Shown here one piece after another: positions 63,240 through 64,000 of a DNA stretch of 64,000 nt. How positions within the stretch are numbered: the first letter of the stretch is position 1; the number at the start of each line of letters is the position of its first letter. The DNA comes from Auanema rhodensis (lineage: Eukaryota > Animalia > Nematoda). Below the pieces are notes generated by a model. It was not told where the DNA came from. It saw only the letters and a program-made list of their open reading frames with translations, and ran no database searches. The stretch is from assembly GCA_964057225.1 (NCBI GenBank), contig OZ059900.1, positions 14,570,001-14,634,000 of the forward strand, written 5' to 3'. The translations under genes were made by a program, and so were the position numbers.

Positions 63240-63606
63240 AATGTTTTTGTTCTGATTCATCGTTATTGAATGTTATGCTATTTTTGTTTTCTTCAAAAAG
63301 TCGGATGAAGACGATAATTATTAGAAAAAAGATTGTTTTAAACTTTCTGCTTTTTCAAAAGTGATTTGAGCTTGTGATTTTTTTTTAAATTTTCAAACAT
63401 TTCTATTTAATTTAAGTGTTCTATCTTAATTACGATGAAAAAAAATGGAACGTCAGCGTTAATCAATTGTTCATTGTAACACCAAACTTCAATTAGCTCT
63501 TTGATTAAAGTAGGCCATGAATCAAGATATGTTAGAGACAGTGTTTCATTTTTCTACTTTAATTCAAACTCACACTCTTAATGAAAGTTTCTAAGTGCAA
63601 ATTCAA

Positions 63607-63678
63607 TCCTCGGTAGTATAGTGGTGAGTATCCGCGTCTGTCACATGCGAGACCCGGGTTCAATTCCCGGCCGGGGAG
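63607..63678 (+). tRNA. tRNA-Asp(GTC)
   Basis: consensus copy. Confidence 0.95.
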
Positions 63679-64000
63679 AATGTTTTTGTTCTGATTCATC
63701 GTTATTGAATGTTATGCTATTTTTGTTTTCTTCAAAAAGTCGGATAAAAACGATAATTATTAGAAAAAAGATTGTTTTAAACTTTCTGCTTTTTCAAAAG
63801 TGATTTGAGCTTGTGATTTTTTTTTAAATTTTCAAACATTTCTATTTAATTTAAGTGTTCTATCTTAATTACGATGAAAAAAATTGATACGTCAGCGTTT
63901 ATCAATCGTTAATTGTAACACCAAACTTCAATTAGCTCTTTGAGTAAAGTAGGCCATAAATCAAGATATGTTAGAGACAGTGTTTCATTTTTCTACTTTA

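Larger units (their letters stand above)
1..64000 (+). repeat. Tandem array of ~438-439 bp tRNA-Asp(GTC) units, 146 copies in window, open at both ends
   Basis: The same tRNA recurs every 436-444 bp from position 1 to 63678; spacers are near-identical; no interruptions or inversions seen. Confidence 0.99.

Noticed and set aside
442-63803. Repeated 60-75 aa ORFs (MVSIRVCHMRDPGSIPGRGE...)
   Set aside because: They start at a GTG inside the tRNA D loop, DPGSIPG is the translated T arm, and stops and frameshifts vary freely between units
1-64000. CRISPR array
   Set aside because: Spacers are ~366 bp and near-identical rather than unique; the repeat is a eukaryotic tRNA; no cas genes
1-64000. 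Whole array as an assembly artefact
   Set aside because: Units carry structured, linked, hierarchical variants rather than identical copies; exact copy number and homopolymer lengths still need read support

Overview
The whole 64 kb window is one uninterrupted head-to-tail tandem array of a ~438-439 bp unit (range 436-444). Each unit carries one intronless eukaryotic tRNA-Asp(GTC) gene on the + strand (72 nt, internal A/B boxes, no encoded CCA, oligo-T Pol III terminator) plus a ~366 bp AT-rich spacer. There are 145 complete copies and one truncated at the window start, and the array runs off both ends. From memory the tRNA matches nematode (C. elegans-type) tRNA-Asp; this is unverified. No protein-coding gene is supported: the 60-75 aa ORFs are read-throughs of the tRNA and spacer. 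By manual reading, about 121 complete copies match the consensus and about 24 carry point variants (none in the anticodon), several spread by duplication. Spacer variants reveal nested higher-order repeats (2 to ~20 units) and a layered arrangement in which the two window ends share alleles missing from the middle. This looks like satellite-style evolution of a single-isoacceptor tRNA mega-array. tRNA positions below are linear gene numbering unless marked standard.
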